Counted from the stretch's first letter, positions 1-13,970 are shown. The stretch is 64,000 nt of DNA from Octopus sinensis (GCF_006345805.1 NC_042998.1:8246001-8310000); one strand, 5' to 3'. Translations and numbers: made by a program. Notes: generated by a model not told the origin, from the letters alone.

Positions 1-887
1 TAAGTCCTGGGGTCGAGTTGCTCTCGACTAAAGGCGGTGCCCCAGCATGGCCGCAGTCAAGTGACTGAAACAAGTAAAAGAGAGAGAGTAAGTATACCGT
101 TTCGTATTCTCCAGTGAAATAGTCATTTGAGAACAAAGGACATTCATACACCATACGACGTAATACTTGCACTGATTCATGTTATATTAGAGCCAGTTAA
201 GGCGTCGAGCTGGCAGAATCGTTACCGCGCCAGGCAAAATATTTAACGGCATTTCGTCCATCTTAGTTCTGAGTTCAAATTCCACCGAGGCCGACTTTAT
301 CTTTCGCTCCTTCAGAGTCGATAAAATAAGTACCAATTGTGTACTGGGTTCGATGTAATTGACTTTCACCCTCCTCCGACCTTGCTGGCTTGTGCCAAAA
401 TTTGGAACTATATTAGAATTAGTCGATTCATAATTAAAAGGACATTTTCGTTGTATTTTTGAAATCTTTCACGTGTAATAGATACTCCTACACATACATG
501 GATACATAGATACATCCATACATACAAATGCATTTGTTATTATAGTTATTAGTATTAGTATCATCCGTATTATAATATAGGATGACGGTAAATTTTTCAG
601 GTATGTTTTCGTTAAATGTGAACGCACGTTTTTCTCACCTGCTGTCTGCACTTAATGACGTTTTCTCAACCCGTTTTCATATCTATTTAGATTTCACTGT
701 AGCATATAATAAAGAAATCGATACCACACTGCTTGAGAATGTGTGTGTGTGTGTGCATGTATGTATATACATACATAAATACATACATTCTTGATGTGAA
801 ATGAACCAAATTGTTTGCATCTTAAGAGGATCTGTATGCCAAAGATAGTATGCCAACGCATGCCTACGCATTGATTATTTCACTTCT

Positions 888-940
<53 letters not shown>

Positions 941-1196
941 AAATTTGGGGATTCAATTCGTCGACATATAAACAATTAACTAAATCGATTGTTTGATTAG
1001 TCGTACGGTGAATAAAATCAATTAGGTTTGTCGCCATTCACAGACAGACCTGAAGCAGACCTAGTGCAGATAGAGCAGGCCATTGATGAGATCGCGAATG
1101 CCCACCAACGCATCTGACAAAGTTATCTCTTTGATTGGCTTGCCGAATGATTAATCAAACAGTCAACTACTTAATTGGTTATGCGTTAAAGAACTG

Positions 1197-1392
<196 letters not shown>

Positions 1393-1439
1393 TGATAATA
1401 ATAATAACAATGATGATGTTCATGATAACAATAACACAG

Positions 1440-1600
1440 CCTCTAGCGTGAGTGTGGTACCTATTGTCATCGGTGCACTTGGGACTATCTCAAAAAGTGC
1501 AATATTCTAGCATCAAGAGTTGCAAATACCACACTTCAGATGGCAGAAATACTGCAACAACTCATGTGTTGAAGAAAAGTGTTAAATATTTAAGCTGCGG
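1440..1600 (+). mobile_element. Degenerate Dong/R4-like LINE 3' fragment in (TAA)n
   Basis: VVPIVIGALGTISK...TTHVLKK; flanked by (TAA)n at 1233-1430 and 1650-1713. Confidence 0.6.
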
Positions 1601-1652
1601 GATGGAGCTGAGACGTGATATATACATAAACAAATCAGTTAAGTGAATGATG

Positions 1653-1714
<62 letters not shown>

Positions 1715-2399
1715 TTCTTTCTACTACAGATACAAGGTCTAGTATTCAAATAGTAGTTATTTTTATCAACCCCGAAAGGATGAAAAGCAAGGTCAACTCT
1801 GGACGAATTTGAACTCAAAACGTAAAGACGGACGAAATAGAAGAGATATAGAACGAATGCGTCTGTATTAAACATACATTGGCCTAGTGACATTGCCGGA
1901 ATACTACTGAATTTTATAGATATACATATATATACACACACGCACACATATGTATGTATGTATGTATGTCAAAGGGCAGAAAAGCTCATGAACTATCAAC
2001 AGTCATCCAACAATATGTGTACATGTGCATGTATGTATATATGCGCAGGGACTTGGAAATATATGGGTTAGTATCCAAGCGCGTGGTTGGATCACTGGGA
2101 GTGGGAGGCCCCTCTGTTGTTGTCCCAACATCCCTCTAGGAGAAGGAAACTCTGAGAGAAAAACCTGTGACTCTGACAAGATTCGATGATGTAGACTAGT
2201 TCTTCTATTCGACTTTATGTTGTCCATATTCAGAGAGTGGGAATAGATTTGTGAACATCCTTTTCCCCACTACAGAAAATCCTCATGCATCGCTTGAAAA
2301 GTAAGACTTATCACAAAAATGGCTGGCCGTAGCCTTCGCATGTGTAGGACTTTCGATCAGGCGATGTCAATACTCGAACACAAGTTTGCGGCCATCATG

Positions 2400-2430
<31 letters not shown>

Positions 2431-2816
2431 AGGCGCAGGAGTGGCTGTGTGGTAAGTAGCTTGCTTACCAACCACATGGTTCCGGGTTCAGTTCCACTGC
2501 GTGGCACCTTGGGCTAGTGCCTTCTACTATAGCCTTGGGCCGACCAAAGCCTTGTGAGTGGATTTGGTAGACGGAAACCGAAAGAAGCCTGTCGTGTGTA
2601 TATATATGTGGGTGTGTCTGTGTTTGTCCCCCCAACATCGCTTGACAACCGAGGCTGGTGCGTTCACGTCCCCGTAACTTAGCGGTTCGGCAACAGAGAC
2701 CGCTAGAATAAGTTCTAGGCTTACAAAGAATAAGTCCGAGGGGCGATTTTCTCGACTAAAGGCGGTGCTCCAGCATGGTCACAGTCAAATGACTGAAACA
2801 AGTAAAAGAGTAAAAG

Positions 2817-2817
<1 letters not shown>
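2431..2817 (+). mobile_element. tRNA-derived SINE, family A (full length)
   Basis: Head ggcgcaggagtggctgtgtggtaag...ggttcagt (A/B-box-like), internal (TA/TG)n, tail gactgaaacaagtaaaagag. Confidence 0.9.
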
Positions 2818-2863
<46 letters not shown>

Positions 2864-4067
2864 AAGGAGACAGAGAAGGGTTAAGGATCTTAGAAATAGT
2901 AAAGGCATCAGAATGTATAAACAAGACTCAAATGCATATGAACATTAAGTTATAACTATACATATTTTGAAATGAAATCATGTAGTAATTAATTCGCAAT
3001 AGTAGACAAACCAGAAGTATATTAATCTTTCTTTGCATAAACAGTTAGGTTTGAGTTTAATTATACGTCACACGATCGGGTTTCAGTAACAAATTAGCGT
3101 GATTTGAATCAGTTACTTTTTAGTGTATGTTGATTATTTACTGTAGCAACAAAGTTGAAAACTTGACACTAAAATAATATATTTTTTGTTCATCTAAAAA
3201 CAACTATTTTAGCAATAATGAACTTGTAAATTGTTAATATGACGAAATAAAAAAAACGATACCTTACGAAAAATTCTCTGCACTCGCCAAAATGAAGGGC
3301 TTTGTTTTATCAACTTTTCTTTTAACAATCGTAACGATTAATGACATAACATCTTTTTTTTCTCATTACAGTTATTCAACTCCGGCCTTGCTGAAGCACC
3401 GCCTCGAAGGATATAGTCGAACAAATCGTCTGCAGTACTTATGTTTTGAATTCGCTAATCATTCTATCGGTTGTTTATACGACAGGCTTCCACGCAATTT
3501 CCATCTACCAAATTCACTCACAAGGCTTTGGTCAGCCTGTTGCAATAGCAGAGGACTCTTGCTCAAGGTGCCACGTAATGGGACTAAGCCTAAACCACGT
3601 AATTGCAAAGGGTCATGCCCGTGCCTATTGATTTTAGAAAAGACATTTAGTTAGATTCGTTTTTAGAATCCCCAAATTTGTAACAATCTTTGACAGTTGT
3701 ACACAACTGCAAATTATAGGGAAGCTTATAATACACCAACTTCTGTTATCAACCCCCAAAACAAGAAAGGCAAAGTTGAACGTGGCTAATTGATTACATC
3801 AACCCTAGTAATCGACTGGTACTTATTTTATCGATCCCGGAAGGATGAAAGGCAAATCGATCTCAGCGGAATTTAAGCTCAGAACGCAAAGACAAACGAA
3901 ATACCTCTAATAATTTTGCTCGGTTTACTAACTGTTCTGCCAACTCGCCAATTTGATGATAATAATAATAGTAATAATCCTTGCCAATGTGGCACAAGGC
4001 CTGAAATTTAGTGGAGTTGGGAGTTGGTTGATTACATCAATCTCAGTACAAGACCGGTATTAATTCA

Positions 4068-4303
4068 ATAAGGCGGCGAGCTGGCAGAAACGTTAGCACG
4101 CCGGGCGAAATGCGTAGCCGTATTTCGTCTGCCATTACGTTCTGAGTTCAAATTCCGCCGAGGTCGACTTTGTCTTTCATCCTTTCGGCGTCGATAAATT
4201 AAGTACCAGTTACGCACTGGGGTCGATGTAATCGACTTAATCGGTTTGTCTGTCCTTGTTTGTCCCCTCTGTGTTTAGCCCCTTGTGGGTAGTAAAGAAA
4301 TAG
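4068..4303 (+). mobile_element. SINE family B (tRNA-like head, conserved central domain, Tx1-like tail), nested in an older minus-strand copy
   Basis: ggcggcgagctggcagaa...gagttcaaattcc...ctttcatcctttcgg.gtcgataaattaagtacc...agccccttgtggg; TSD ggtattaatt. Confidence 0.88.
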
Positions 4304-4744
4304 GTATTAATTTATCCGAAAGGATGAAAGGCAAGGTCGACCTCGGTGGAATTTGAGCTCACAAAGTAAAGACGGACAAAATATAGCTAAACATTTTGTT
4401 CGGCGTGCTAGCGATTCCGTTAATAATATCATTAACAATAATATCCCTTTCAATTTTTTGCCCACTCATCTTCGAGTGTTAACCAGTTTCAGAAGTAGGT
4501 ACGACCGCTTCATCACTCAATAGTAATCGACTGAACGATCAGTAAATGTCACGGGATTTAGCTTCGCTGCAAATAAATAATAGAGAGTCGTTAAGTCAGC
4601 ATTTTTTAAATAACGATTGTTTGAAAGCAAGATCGTTATTTACTTTATTTACTCCACGGAGAAAAGAATGTCTATTGCGATATATTGGATCAAATAAAAT
4701 TCAGACAGAACTTAATTATTTCTCCAATTTGCATAACACCGACC

Positions 4745-5030
4745 TGTAGGAAAGGGCCAACCAGGAGCCCATACATGTTCAGATTAGACGAAGGAAATGG
4801 AGATGGATCGGACACACACTGCGGAAAGAACCCTCAAATGTGACACGACAAGCATTTGACTGGAACCCGCAGGGGAAAAGGAAGCGAGGACGCCCGAAGC
4901 ATTTTAAACGAGCTCAGGACCACCGGCCTGATATGGGAAGCAGCCAAGAAACATGCCAATGACCGCAAAAAGTGGAAAACAACTGGTCCTATGCACCACA
5001 AGGGGCAAAAAGGATTAAGAAGAAGAAAAA
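4745..5030 (+). mobile_element. RTE LINE 3' fragment
   Basis: [37 protein letters not shown]; (AAG)n-like tail. Confidence 0.8.
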
Positions 5031-5108
5031 GAATACCTGAAATAATTAGCTAGTACAGAAAGTAGCATTTTTAGGGATAATCTGAAATATAAGATGAGTA
5101 AGTGAGTT

Positions 5109-5143
<35 letters not shown>

Positions 5144-5151
5144 ACATAAGA

Positions 5152-5394
5152 AATTAGAACGACAAACGAATAAATTATGTTATGAACTTGATCGGCTTAC
5201 AGCTGTTTTTTTTCCTTCTATAAGATGCAATGCACTAATAGAGGAACTGTTGAATAACACCTTATAAGCTTCATCGGAGCTTCGAAGCAATAGGTTGATA
5301 TTCATGCATTCAACGATGAGTGTATTGCATCTTATAGCAGAAACAGTTTCAACCTGATGAAGTTCAAAACAATTATTTTCTTGTCGTTCTAATT
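5152..5394. repeat. Old fold-back element with degenerate HHR-like arms
   Basis: aattagaacgacaa/ttgtcgttctaatt and ctataagatgcaatgcact/agtgtattgcatcttatag pairings. The arm consensus approximates (CT)GATGA-GTGC..GCA-GAAA-CAGCTG-TA. Confidence 0.7.
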
Positions 5395-5540
5395 GTTATA
5401 ACCGCCCTGGACTCGACTGACACTTCCTTGCGAAGCATATGTATATTGACTTCTACAACCATATATATATAATAAAAAAAGGAAAGTGCTCACAGTTTTA
5501 CATACCTTTGATATATTTTACATGGTAGAGTATTGTGATA

Positions 5541-6150
5541 GTCGACCGCTTTCGTGTTTCGCTAATCAAGACATTGAAATCATTGCAATTTCGTATTTTA
5601 TTAAGAAGTGTTTAGTCCATGTTCTTGTAGGAGTGTTTGTAAATAAAGGGAGGTAACTACACATTTTGTGGGTGGGATCAATTTTAAAAATTTCTTGTTT
5701 CCTTGCACTGGTAGATGGAGAAAACCGTGAAGTTTGGATGGAGATTCCCTGCATATCTCTTTATGTGTTCACGCAAAGGTACATGTCTATACCTCGGGAA
5801 AAGGATATTTTCCTTATGCAGTGAAGTTCTCCGTTTAAGCGACATCATTGTTTGACCTGTATAGTAGTGTCCACAACCTGAACACGTTATAATAAAAATT
5901 AAATTCTGCTATGCATAAGTGAAATCGGTCTTAATTGTGAATCACTCTCCTTGACTGAAATGGAATTCCGAACCCTCTAGTAGAATAGGACATGTTCCAC
6001 AATTTGGACGTCCACATGTTTTAACTATTCGTTTCGTTGCTGTTGTATATGGCTTTGCATTTGGTAATATTCTTTTCAGTGATTTGGGTTGCTTTTTACA
6101 TTTGATGATTTTATATGTTTTAAGAATGTAAATAGCTTTCCGATGGGGTG
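5541..6150 (-). pseudogene. Older degenerate PLE 3' fragment (Zn-linker + GIY-YIG) followed by a degenerate HHR at 5541-5572
   Basis: Minus strand translates KTCGRPNCGTCPILLEGSEFHFSQG...NLIFIITCSGCGHYYTGQT, homologous to 20499-21446, with stops. HHR remnant gtc-TTGATTA-GCG(aaa)CAC-GAAA-GCGG-TC-gac. Confidence 0.8.
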
Positions 6151-6397
6151 CAGTATGGATCGTCGTGCTAAATAAAGTTTATAGTGCACTTTGTCTTCCC
6201 TATATATTTATAGTTCAAATTTATAGAAAAACAAAGGCTAAGACAGGTGTAGGAACAACAAGCAAGCGTGTTAGTTTGACGCTTGGGTAAAAAGGGAAAA
6301 GTCCTTTAAGTTTCGAGCCTTCGACAAAAAGGAATGAGAGGAAACAAATAGAGAGAATGAAAAAAACCCTGTTGAGTTCAGCGATCCAACATGGCGA

Positions 6398-6467
<70 letters not shown>

Positions 6468-6472
6468 ATATA

Positions 6473-6629
6473 TATCTATAAAATAATATGTTACAATTAC
6501 TCAATAGTCAAGATAAAACTCTGAGTTTCAGATGCCGAAGTGGAAATCCACAACACCATCTCTTCGGTTATCTGGCCATCTGAAAAACTATTCACTATTG
6601 AGTAATTGTAACATATTATTTTATAGATA
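6473..6629. repeat. Fold-back element, 36-bp perfect arms, enclosing an HHR-like motif
   Basis: 6473-6508 is the reverse complement of 6594-6629. Minus 6511-6573 reads agataa-CCGAAGA-GATG...CATC-t-GAAA-CTC(a)GAG-TT-ttatct. Confidence 0.8.
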
Positions 6630-6741
6630 AATTTCCTCTATTTACATAATATTGAGGTCTCTTTCTTTTGTTATCTTACCGTTTTTACCAATATATATAT
6701 ATATATTAGGATGTGTATGTGTATATATATATACACATATA

Positions 6742-6801
<60 letters not shown>

Positions 6802-7501
6802 ATATATATGTGTGTGCGCCTGCGTGCGTGCATGCGCACGCGAATATGTGCGTCTGTGAGTGTGTGTATCTGTCTGTTTTATGTTATATAATCCTTTTAG
6901 TTCCTTTTAAATATCGTAGCTTAACAGATGCTAGATTTATTGCACTCAATGCCGACTCTTCTATCCTGTTTGTTATACTTTTAAACGGGAAACATTGCCT
7001 GACATTCATAGCGTGCTGAAAGACATTATATAGTTCTCCTATCTGCGCTCTCAATATTTTCCAGGAATTTCATTTTGCTGATCTAATTGCAGATATATTC
7101 CTTGCTTGTTTTTTAGATTTATAAAACTACAGAGAGTCTTTGTCTCCTTTTGCATGTAAAATCTTAATTCGAAGTTTGAAATTTTAACTATATCTTACAT
7201 TTTGTTTTCTGTTTAATATGAAACAGGTTTGATGTAATTCTTTCTAGAAATTCGTGTGTAATTGTGCTTGTGACGTGTATGTGTATGAGTGTGTGTGTGT
7301 GTGTATGTGTATGTGTGCGTGTGTGTGTATCTGTAAGCATATGTATGCATAACCACGTGCATGTACACGTAGTCGTCATATGCAGTCAACTTGTTAGCGT
7401 GTACCATGATTTCGCTAATTGTTTTAGGTGCCCGTGCGATCATCAGCAGGTACACGCATTCACGCGTGCACACAGACACACACACTCTCTCTATGTCTCT
7501 C

Positions 7502-7542
<41 letters not shown>

Positions 7543-7905
7543 TTCCCCCTCTCGGCTCTCTAACCTTTCATTCAGTGAAACATCAAAGGTATGATAGTTG
7601 GGAAAAAGAGAAAACAACAAAGATATTCGGAGCTGCAACTCGTTTCTGTCGAATGGACGAGAGGAACGAGAAGTTAAGCGCTTTGAGTAAGGGTACAATG
7701 CACTGCCTGTACGAGAAATCGAGCCCATGACCTCATGATCCTGAACTCAGTAGCATAATCATTAGGTTACATACCTCACACACGTGCACACAATATATAT
7801 TTGTGTGTGCTTGTTTGTGAGCATGTGTGTGTTTGTATATACATACATACATACATACATACATACACACATACATACATACATATACATACATACATAC
7901 ATACA

Positions 7906-7939
<34 letters not shown>

Positions 7940-8081
7940 GATACATACATACATAAATACATACATACATACATACATCCGCATTTGTTTGTATGGATTT
8001 ATGTATACGCATATGTACGGACAGACAGGCAGTCAGACAGTGAGACAAACAGACAGACAGATTGCTAGATAGATAGATAGC

Positions 8082-8176
<95 letters not shown>

Positions 8177-8584
8177 GCATACACACTTGCCCACAATTAC
8201 TGTACGCGCTTCTGTTCCAGTATTGAGACACGTGATAAATAAAGGTGCTGCCACTAGTTCAGATTACTTACTTGGATTACTTATTTCATAATAGCATTTA
8301 CGTAATTTTTCCAACTGGGACAAAGCACATGTGCTATGAAGATACCTAAGCAAGTCGTCTAACCTACTTATATCAAAAGAGATTTCCAGGGCTTTATTAT
8401 GACTGTTGTATTTCATGTAATGTTAGTTCTCAGTACATAACCGGTGAAGCTGCCTGTAAGTAGTTAACAATCTGTCAACGTGTATTGAGAAAGATGTATC
8501 AACAATATACAACTGCTCCCAGGTCATTATTTGTTGTTTTGAATGGTAACTTGTGTTTGTTTGTGCTTGCTTTTTTGTTTTTGT

Positions 8585-8770
8585 TTTTCAATAAAATAAA
8601 CTATTTTGTTGGGGGTCTATCTTTAATGGAGACCTGTACATGTTTTTGATATAGGCCCAGTTGGATATGCTCTCCTTATCTTGTTGAAATGCTTAGATCT
8701 GTCGTTATATGTCTTGATTTCAAACATTACTTTAAATCTAATTACTTTATACTTCTGTTCTGTCATCTAC
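8585..8770 (+). repeat. Local duplication unit; second copy 9736-10238 (solo-LTR-interrupted)
   Basis: Collinear from caataaaataa to gttctgtc.tcta. Confidence 0.85.
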
Positions 8771-9212
8771 ATAACGCAGACGATATTTTCCAGATGCGGA
8801 AATTACTAAACGCTTTTACAAAATAAATAAACACCCCAAGCCACAAACTTAAACACCTTTCTACATTACACAGCTCTATCGTCGTTAAGTATGACATTTC
8901 TCTTTATATGCCATATGTATGGCAATCAATATGAACGTCTGAGAATGTCGCTTTATGTTATCCTATCTATTGCGGTCGGCTGTTCAGACACAAAAATGAC
9001 TACCAGTATTTGACATGTAAGACTAATACCATTCTCTCTTATCATCTGATGTCCTATCATCCAGCGTAATGAACTGAAATACTTGGGTATCTGCTTAAGG
9101 ATTTACCAAGTCTATAACCGTTTTTTTTTATCCGGTCCCGAAGATCCCGTTAATTTTTCTAGTAGTAGAAAGTACGATTTGAACTGAGAATAGGCAGAAT
9201 CGCAGCAGATAC

Positions 9213-9628
9213 CTATTTCTTTATTACCCACAAGGGGCTAAACATAGAGGGGACAAACAAGGACAGACATAGGTATTAAGTCAATTACATCGACCCCAGT
9301 GCATAACTGGTACTTAATTTATCGACCACGAAAGGATGAAAGGCAAAGTCGACCTCGGCGGAATTTGAACTCAGAACATAAAGACAGACGAAATACCTAT
9401 TTCTTTATTACCCACAAGGGGCTAAACACAGAAGGGACAAACAAGGACAGATAAACGGATTAAGTCGATTACATCGGCCCCAGTGCGTAACTGGTACTTA
9501 TTTAATCCACGCCGAAAGGATGAAAGGCAAAGTCGACCTCGGCGGAATTTGAACTCACAACGTAACGGCAGACGAAATACCGCCAAGCATTTCGCCTGGC
9601 ATGCTAACATTTTTGCCAGCTCACCACC
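9213..9628 (-). mobile_element. SINE family B partial-tandem dimer
   Basis: Full unit plus a second unit starting at GTATTTCGT; TSD ~gcagatacc. Confidence 0.85.
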
Positions 9629-9810
9629 TTTCTGCCATGCAGATACCGCATGGCATTTCTTCGGGCAATTTAGCAATTCCCTCAGTCCATTATCCTGGAT
9701 GTTGGTTTCTGAATACTTTTCTTTTTGTTTTCTGTTTGCAATAAAATAAGCTTTTTTCGTTGGAGGTCTATCTTTAATGGAGACGTGCACATGTTGTTGA
9801 TATAGGCCCA

Positions 9811-10124
9811 TGTCGTATAGTGAAACTGTATAGCCCTCGCAGTAGGAAGTGGTAGGACCAGCCATTATAAATAGACCAGTAGCCGGTCGTCAAGAGAGGG
9901 TTAGGGTTAAGAGTCTAAGAGTTGAGAGTCGACAGTTCTACTCGGTGTCTTGTGGAGCTATCAGCGATAGTAAGACAGAAGAAGTTGGTGTATTACTATT
10001 CCGGTACGAAGGGATACAACGGTATCCGATGACCAGTAATTATTGTGACTACTAGCGTAAAACAGCAAAAACAATACAACGGCAGTCACACATCACACCA
10101 GTGGGAGGGCCCCACTTTACAACA
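9811..10124 (+). mobile_element. Solo LTR (314 bp)
   Basis: TGTCGTA...TACAACA termini, 5-bp TSD GCCCA (9806-9810 / 10125-10129), TATAAATA box ~9866, empty-site paralog at ~8655. Confidence 0.85.
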
Positions 10125-10488
10125 GCCCAGTTGGGTATACTCTTCTTATCTTGTTGAAATGCTTACATCTGTCGTTATATGTTTTGATTTCAAATATTAC
10201 TTTTAATCTAATTACTTTATACTATTGTTCTGTCGTCTAAAGAATGCAAAGTTGATCCTGACGGAATTTATACCTAGCGTACACACTATTGTAGCAGTTA
10301 CTGTATTGAGTTTCATCGGAGAATCTAAACATTTCTCTACTCATTCGCCCTGACTATCTACTTGATCAATCTTGACTCAAAGATAATAAATAGAAAGTTG
10401 ATCCCGATGGGATTTGAACAAGACTCAGAATGTTGAGACCTGGTAAAGCAAGGCTTTAACGTCTCTGATAATGGTTCAGTGAGTGGGA

Positions 10489-10873
10489 TGGAAGCACTCC
10501 GTCGGTTACGACGATGAGGGTTCCGGCTGATCCGAATCAACGGAACAGCCTGCTCGTGAAATTAACGTGTAAGTGGCTGAGCACTCCACAGACACGTGTA
10601 CCCTTAACGTAGTTCTCGGGGATATTCAGCGTGACACAGAGAGTGACAAGGCCGGCCCCTTGAAATACAGGTACAACAGAAACAGGAAGTAAGAGTGAGA
10701 GAAAGTTGTGGTGAAAGGGTACAGCAGGGATCACCAACATCCCCTGCCGGAGCCTCTTCGAGCTTTTAGGTATTTTCGCTCAATAAACACTCACAACGCC
10801 CGGTCTGGGAATCGAAACCGCGTTCCTATGACCGCGAGTCCGCTGCCCTAACCACTGGGCCATTGCGCCTCCA
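10489..10873 (-). mobile_element. tRNA-derived SINE family C
   Basis: Minus head TGGAGGCGCAATGGCCCAGTGGTTAGGGCAGCGGACTCGCG...GGTTTCGATTCC; TSD ggttc(a/t)gtgagt. Confidence 0.9.
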
Positions 10874-11383
10874 CGGTTCTGTGAGTAACATCTCTGGTGG
10901 CCTTATACATTCCACCACTCAAACCCGTGATAGATTCTACGTCCACATCCTATCCCGCTAGGAAAGCGAACCTCTGGTTCATAATTTACCGATTTATATT
11001 TCTTTTACTTACAACAGCCTAGAAACCTAAAAAGGGTCTATCTAATCGTCATCTCCATCAGTCTCACCAGTCTCGCCAGTCTAGAAGAGGGCACAACACT
11101 CAGGGGCACTGCCCCCTTTACTCTGATTATCTTATGAAAACAAAAACTGACGAAATTTGTGTATTGTAATTTTATATCACACAAACATTTCTCAGTCTGA
11201 GTTGAACAGACAGCTCGTTAATTTTAATTAAAATATATATATATGTATATATATATGTGTATGTATGTATGTATGTATGTATGTATGTATGTATGTATGT
11301 ATGTATGAATGTATGTATATATGTGTATGTATATATATATGTGTGTGTGTCTGTATGTATATGCATATGCAAGCATGTGTGTG

Positions 11384-11414
<31 letters not shown>

Positions 11415-12159
11415 GTATATGTGTATATATATGTATATGTGTATATATATGTATAGTATATATATATATATATATATATACATATATATATACACACATA
11501 TATATACATATATATATATACACACATATATATATACATATATATACACTTATATATATATATATATATATATATACAAACAAACATATATATGTATATA
11601 CATAAATGTATATGTATGCATATATATATGTGCGTGTGTATAAATACACATACAAACACACTCAGTGTGTACATAATTGTGGTTGTGCGTATGTATGTGT
11701 GTGGGGGGCTAGGAGTGCGTGCGCAATACGGTTTAAATTAGATAGGTTCAGAGTGAATGAACTTTTTTTTAACAAACTCTTTTGTTACAAAAACTGGTGG
11801 GCGTCACATTTGAAGAGGTAGAGTGTGTGTGTGTATGTGTGAGTTTGTCTGTGTGTGTGTGTGTGTGATATTTGTGAATGCGCCTAGTGTTGGGAATTTT
11901 ATGTGCAAACATAAAACGCATCGTACATGTAAACTCATATAATTATTTATAGGGAGTTTTCTCAAGAATACTGTTTTCATAGATACAGTCGCAGATACAC
12001 ATACTAATATATGTGTGCGTGTGAATGTGGGTGTCTGTGTCTCTGTCTCTGTGTGTGCATGTATGTATGTATGAATGCATATATATGCATTTGTATGTAT
12101 GTATATATGTAATGTATTTACCAACATATATATATATAGAGAGAGAGAGTGAGAGAGAG

Positions 12160-12202
<43 letters not shown>

Positions 12203-12258
12203 ACACATATATATATTCACACACAGATAGATATAAAGTAATATATACATGTGTGTGT

Positions 12259-12299
<41 letters not shown>

Positions 12300-12967
12300 C
12301 GTGTTGGTGCAGATGGATGCTTGTATTACATACATAGATATACCCACGAGGTTACGGGATTTGAAATATGACTATTTTTAGACTTTCACAATACAAAACA
12401 ACAGAAGTGTCCTTCCCATGGAGCTGAAGGAGCTGTCAGCAGTAAGAATAATAGTTATTATTACCATCACCACCGCCATCATGGCCACCACCACCGCCAT
12501 CATCATCCTCGTCCAAGGAACATGTTTCCTTTAGTGAAGGAGTTGGTAAAATAACAAATTAGAATTTGAAACTCCCGTAGTTCCTGCGATATGCATCTAC
12601 ATCTGAACGGAGACAACACAGAGAGCTCGTAATGATTTGAATACCACACCCAATTAAAACAGCTAAGAGCACATGCTCGGACTTGTGGTGTGTCTTGTGT
12701 GTCCTGCATAATTGATATACGCAAACGTAACTGTGTAACTAAAGAAGGTCGCTTTATGTATTCATGAGCTACCAGGATCGATCTCACAACGTGACATCTT
12801 GACCACGTGTCTTTACCACGGGCTCAGATCAACCCTATACTTGAAAGTGAAAATGAATAGACGAAAACTGCATTATGGTCGCTGGATGGAGTGTATCTAT
12901 AATCCAGATGTCCAGCCTTCAGCCATTATATTATAACAAGTTGTTTTTAGTCTAAAAATACGTATTA

Positions 12968-13970
12968 TAGGCACAGGAGTGTCTGTGTGGTAAGTAGCCA
13001 GCTTACCAACCACATGGTTCCGGGTTTAGTCCCACTGCATCATCATCATCATCATTGTTCGGCCGTGGTCGAGACAATGGAATTTACCATGCTACGCCAG
13101 ACTTCACGGTCCATCATGGTATTACGGAGGTCCTGTTGCTGGATGCCTGTATCCCTGGAGATTACATCAGGGTAGGAGAGTGTGTGCCCTCTGGTATCGC
13201 GAGCAGATGGCTTCCAGAGGAGAAGAGTAGAAATTACCGTGTTTTCATCTCTACAACAATGTCCAGCAAACTGGACTCTCCTACCTTTCACAAGAGATGA
13301 CACAGGTGGTAGTTTCCCATATATTTGCATTTTGGTTGGATGGCGCTTCCACGAGAGATTTTCAGCTCTCATAAGGAGGCGAGTGTAGGTTCCATCCAAC
13401 CGCCTCTCAAACTTCTTTGATAACGTCCAGGTTTCTGAGCCATATAGTAGAATTGGTTCGACTGTGGCTTTGAATATTTCAAGTTTGAAGTCTCTACTTA
13501 GATTTGATGACCAGATCTTATGCATGTCATTACAGGCTGACCAGGCCATACCCTTTCTAGTTAGAAAGTCTTTTCCAGATGATGATATGTATGACCCAAG
13601 ATATTTATAATCAGAAACCAGTGCGTGGCACCTTGGGCAAGTGTCTTCTACTAAAGCCTCGGGCCGACCAAAGCCTTGTGAGTGGATTTGGTAGACGGAA
13701 ACTGAAAGAAGCCCGTCGTATATATGTATATATATGTATATGTATGTGTGTGTATATGTTTGTGTGTCTGTGTTTGTCCCCCCAACATCGCTTGACAACC
13801 GATGGTGGTGTGTTTGCGTCCTCGTAACTTAGTGGTTCGTCAAAAGACACCGATAGAATAAGTACTAGGCTTACAAAGAATACGTCCTGGGGTCGATTTT
13901 CTCGACTAAAGGCGGTGCTCCAGCATGGTCGCAGTCAAATGACTGAAACAAGTAAAAGAGAGTAAAAAGA
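12968..13970 (+). mobile_element. SINE family A, interrupted by the RTE insertion
   Basis: Head 12968-13038, remainder 13618-13970. Confidence 0.88.
13039..13617 (-). mobile_element. 5'-truncated RTE-type LINE inserted in a SINE
   Basis: YKYLGSYI...LLYGSETWTL...FAGHC; (GAT)n tail; TSD ccactgc 13032-13038 / ccagtgc 13618-13624. Confidence 0.88.

Noticed and set aside
7415-7595. Possible micro-exons (ttttag|22 nt|gtacac; ttcag|13 nt|gtatga)
   Set aside because: Weak donor, no coding or comparative support; expected by chance.
9213-9628. Regularly spaced repeats suggestive of a CRISPR array
   Set aside because: Tandem SINE units with no unique spacers; eukaryotic context.
10780-10873. tRNA-like sequence (also 37130-37222, 50980-51069, 53300-53374)
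   Set aside because: SINE heads continuing into SINE bodies with TSDs; no complete cloverleaf.
11172-11821. Many YI/CV/HT/MYVC-repeat ORFs here and throughout the window
   Set aside because: Microsatellite translations.
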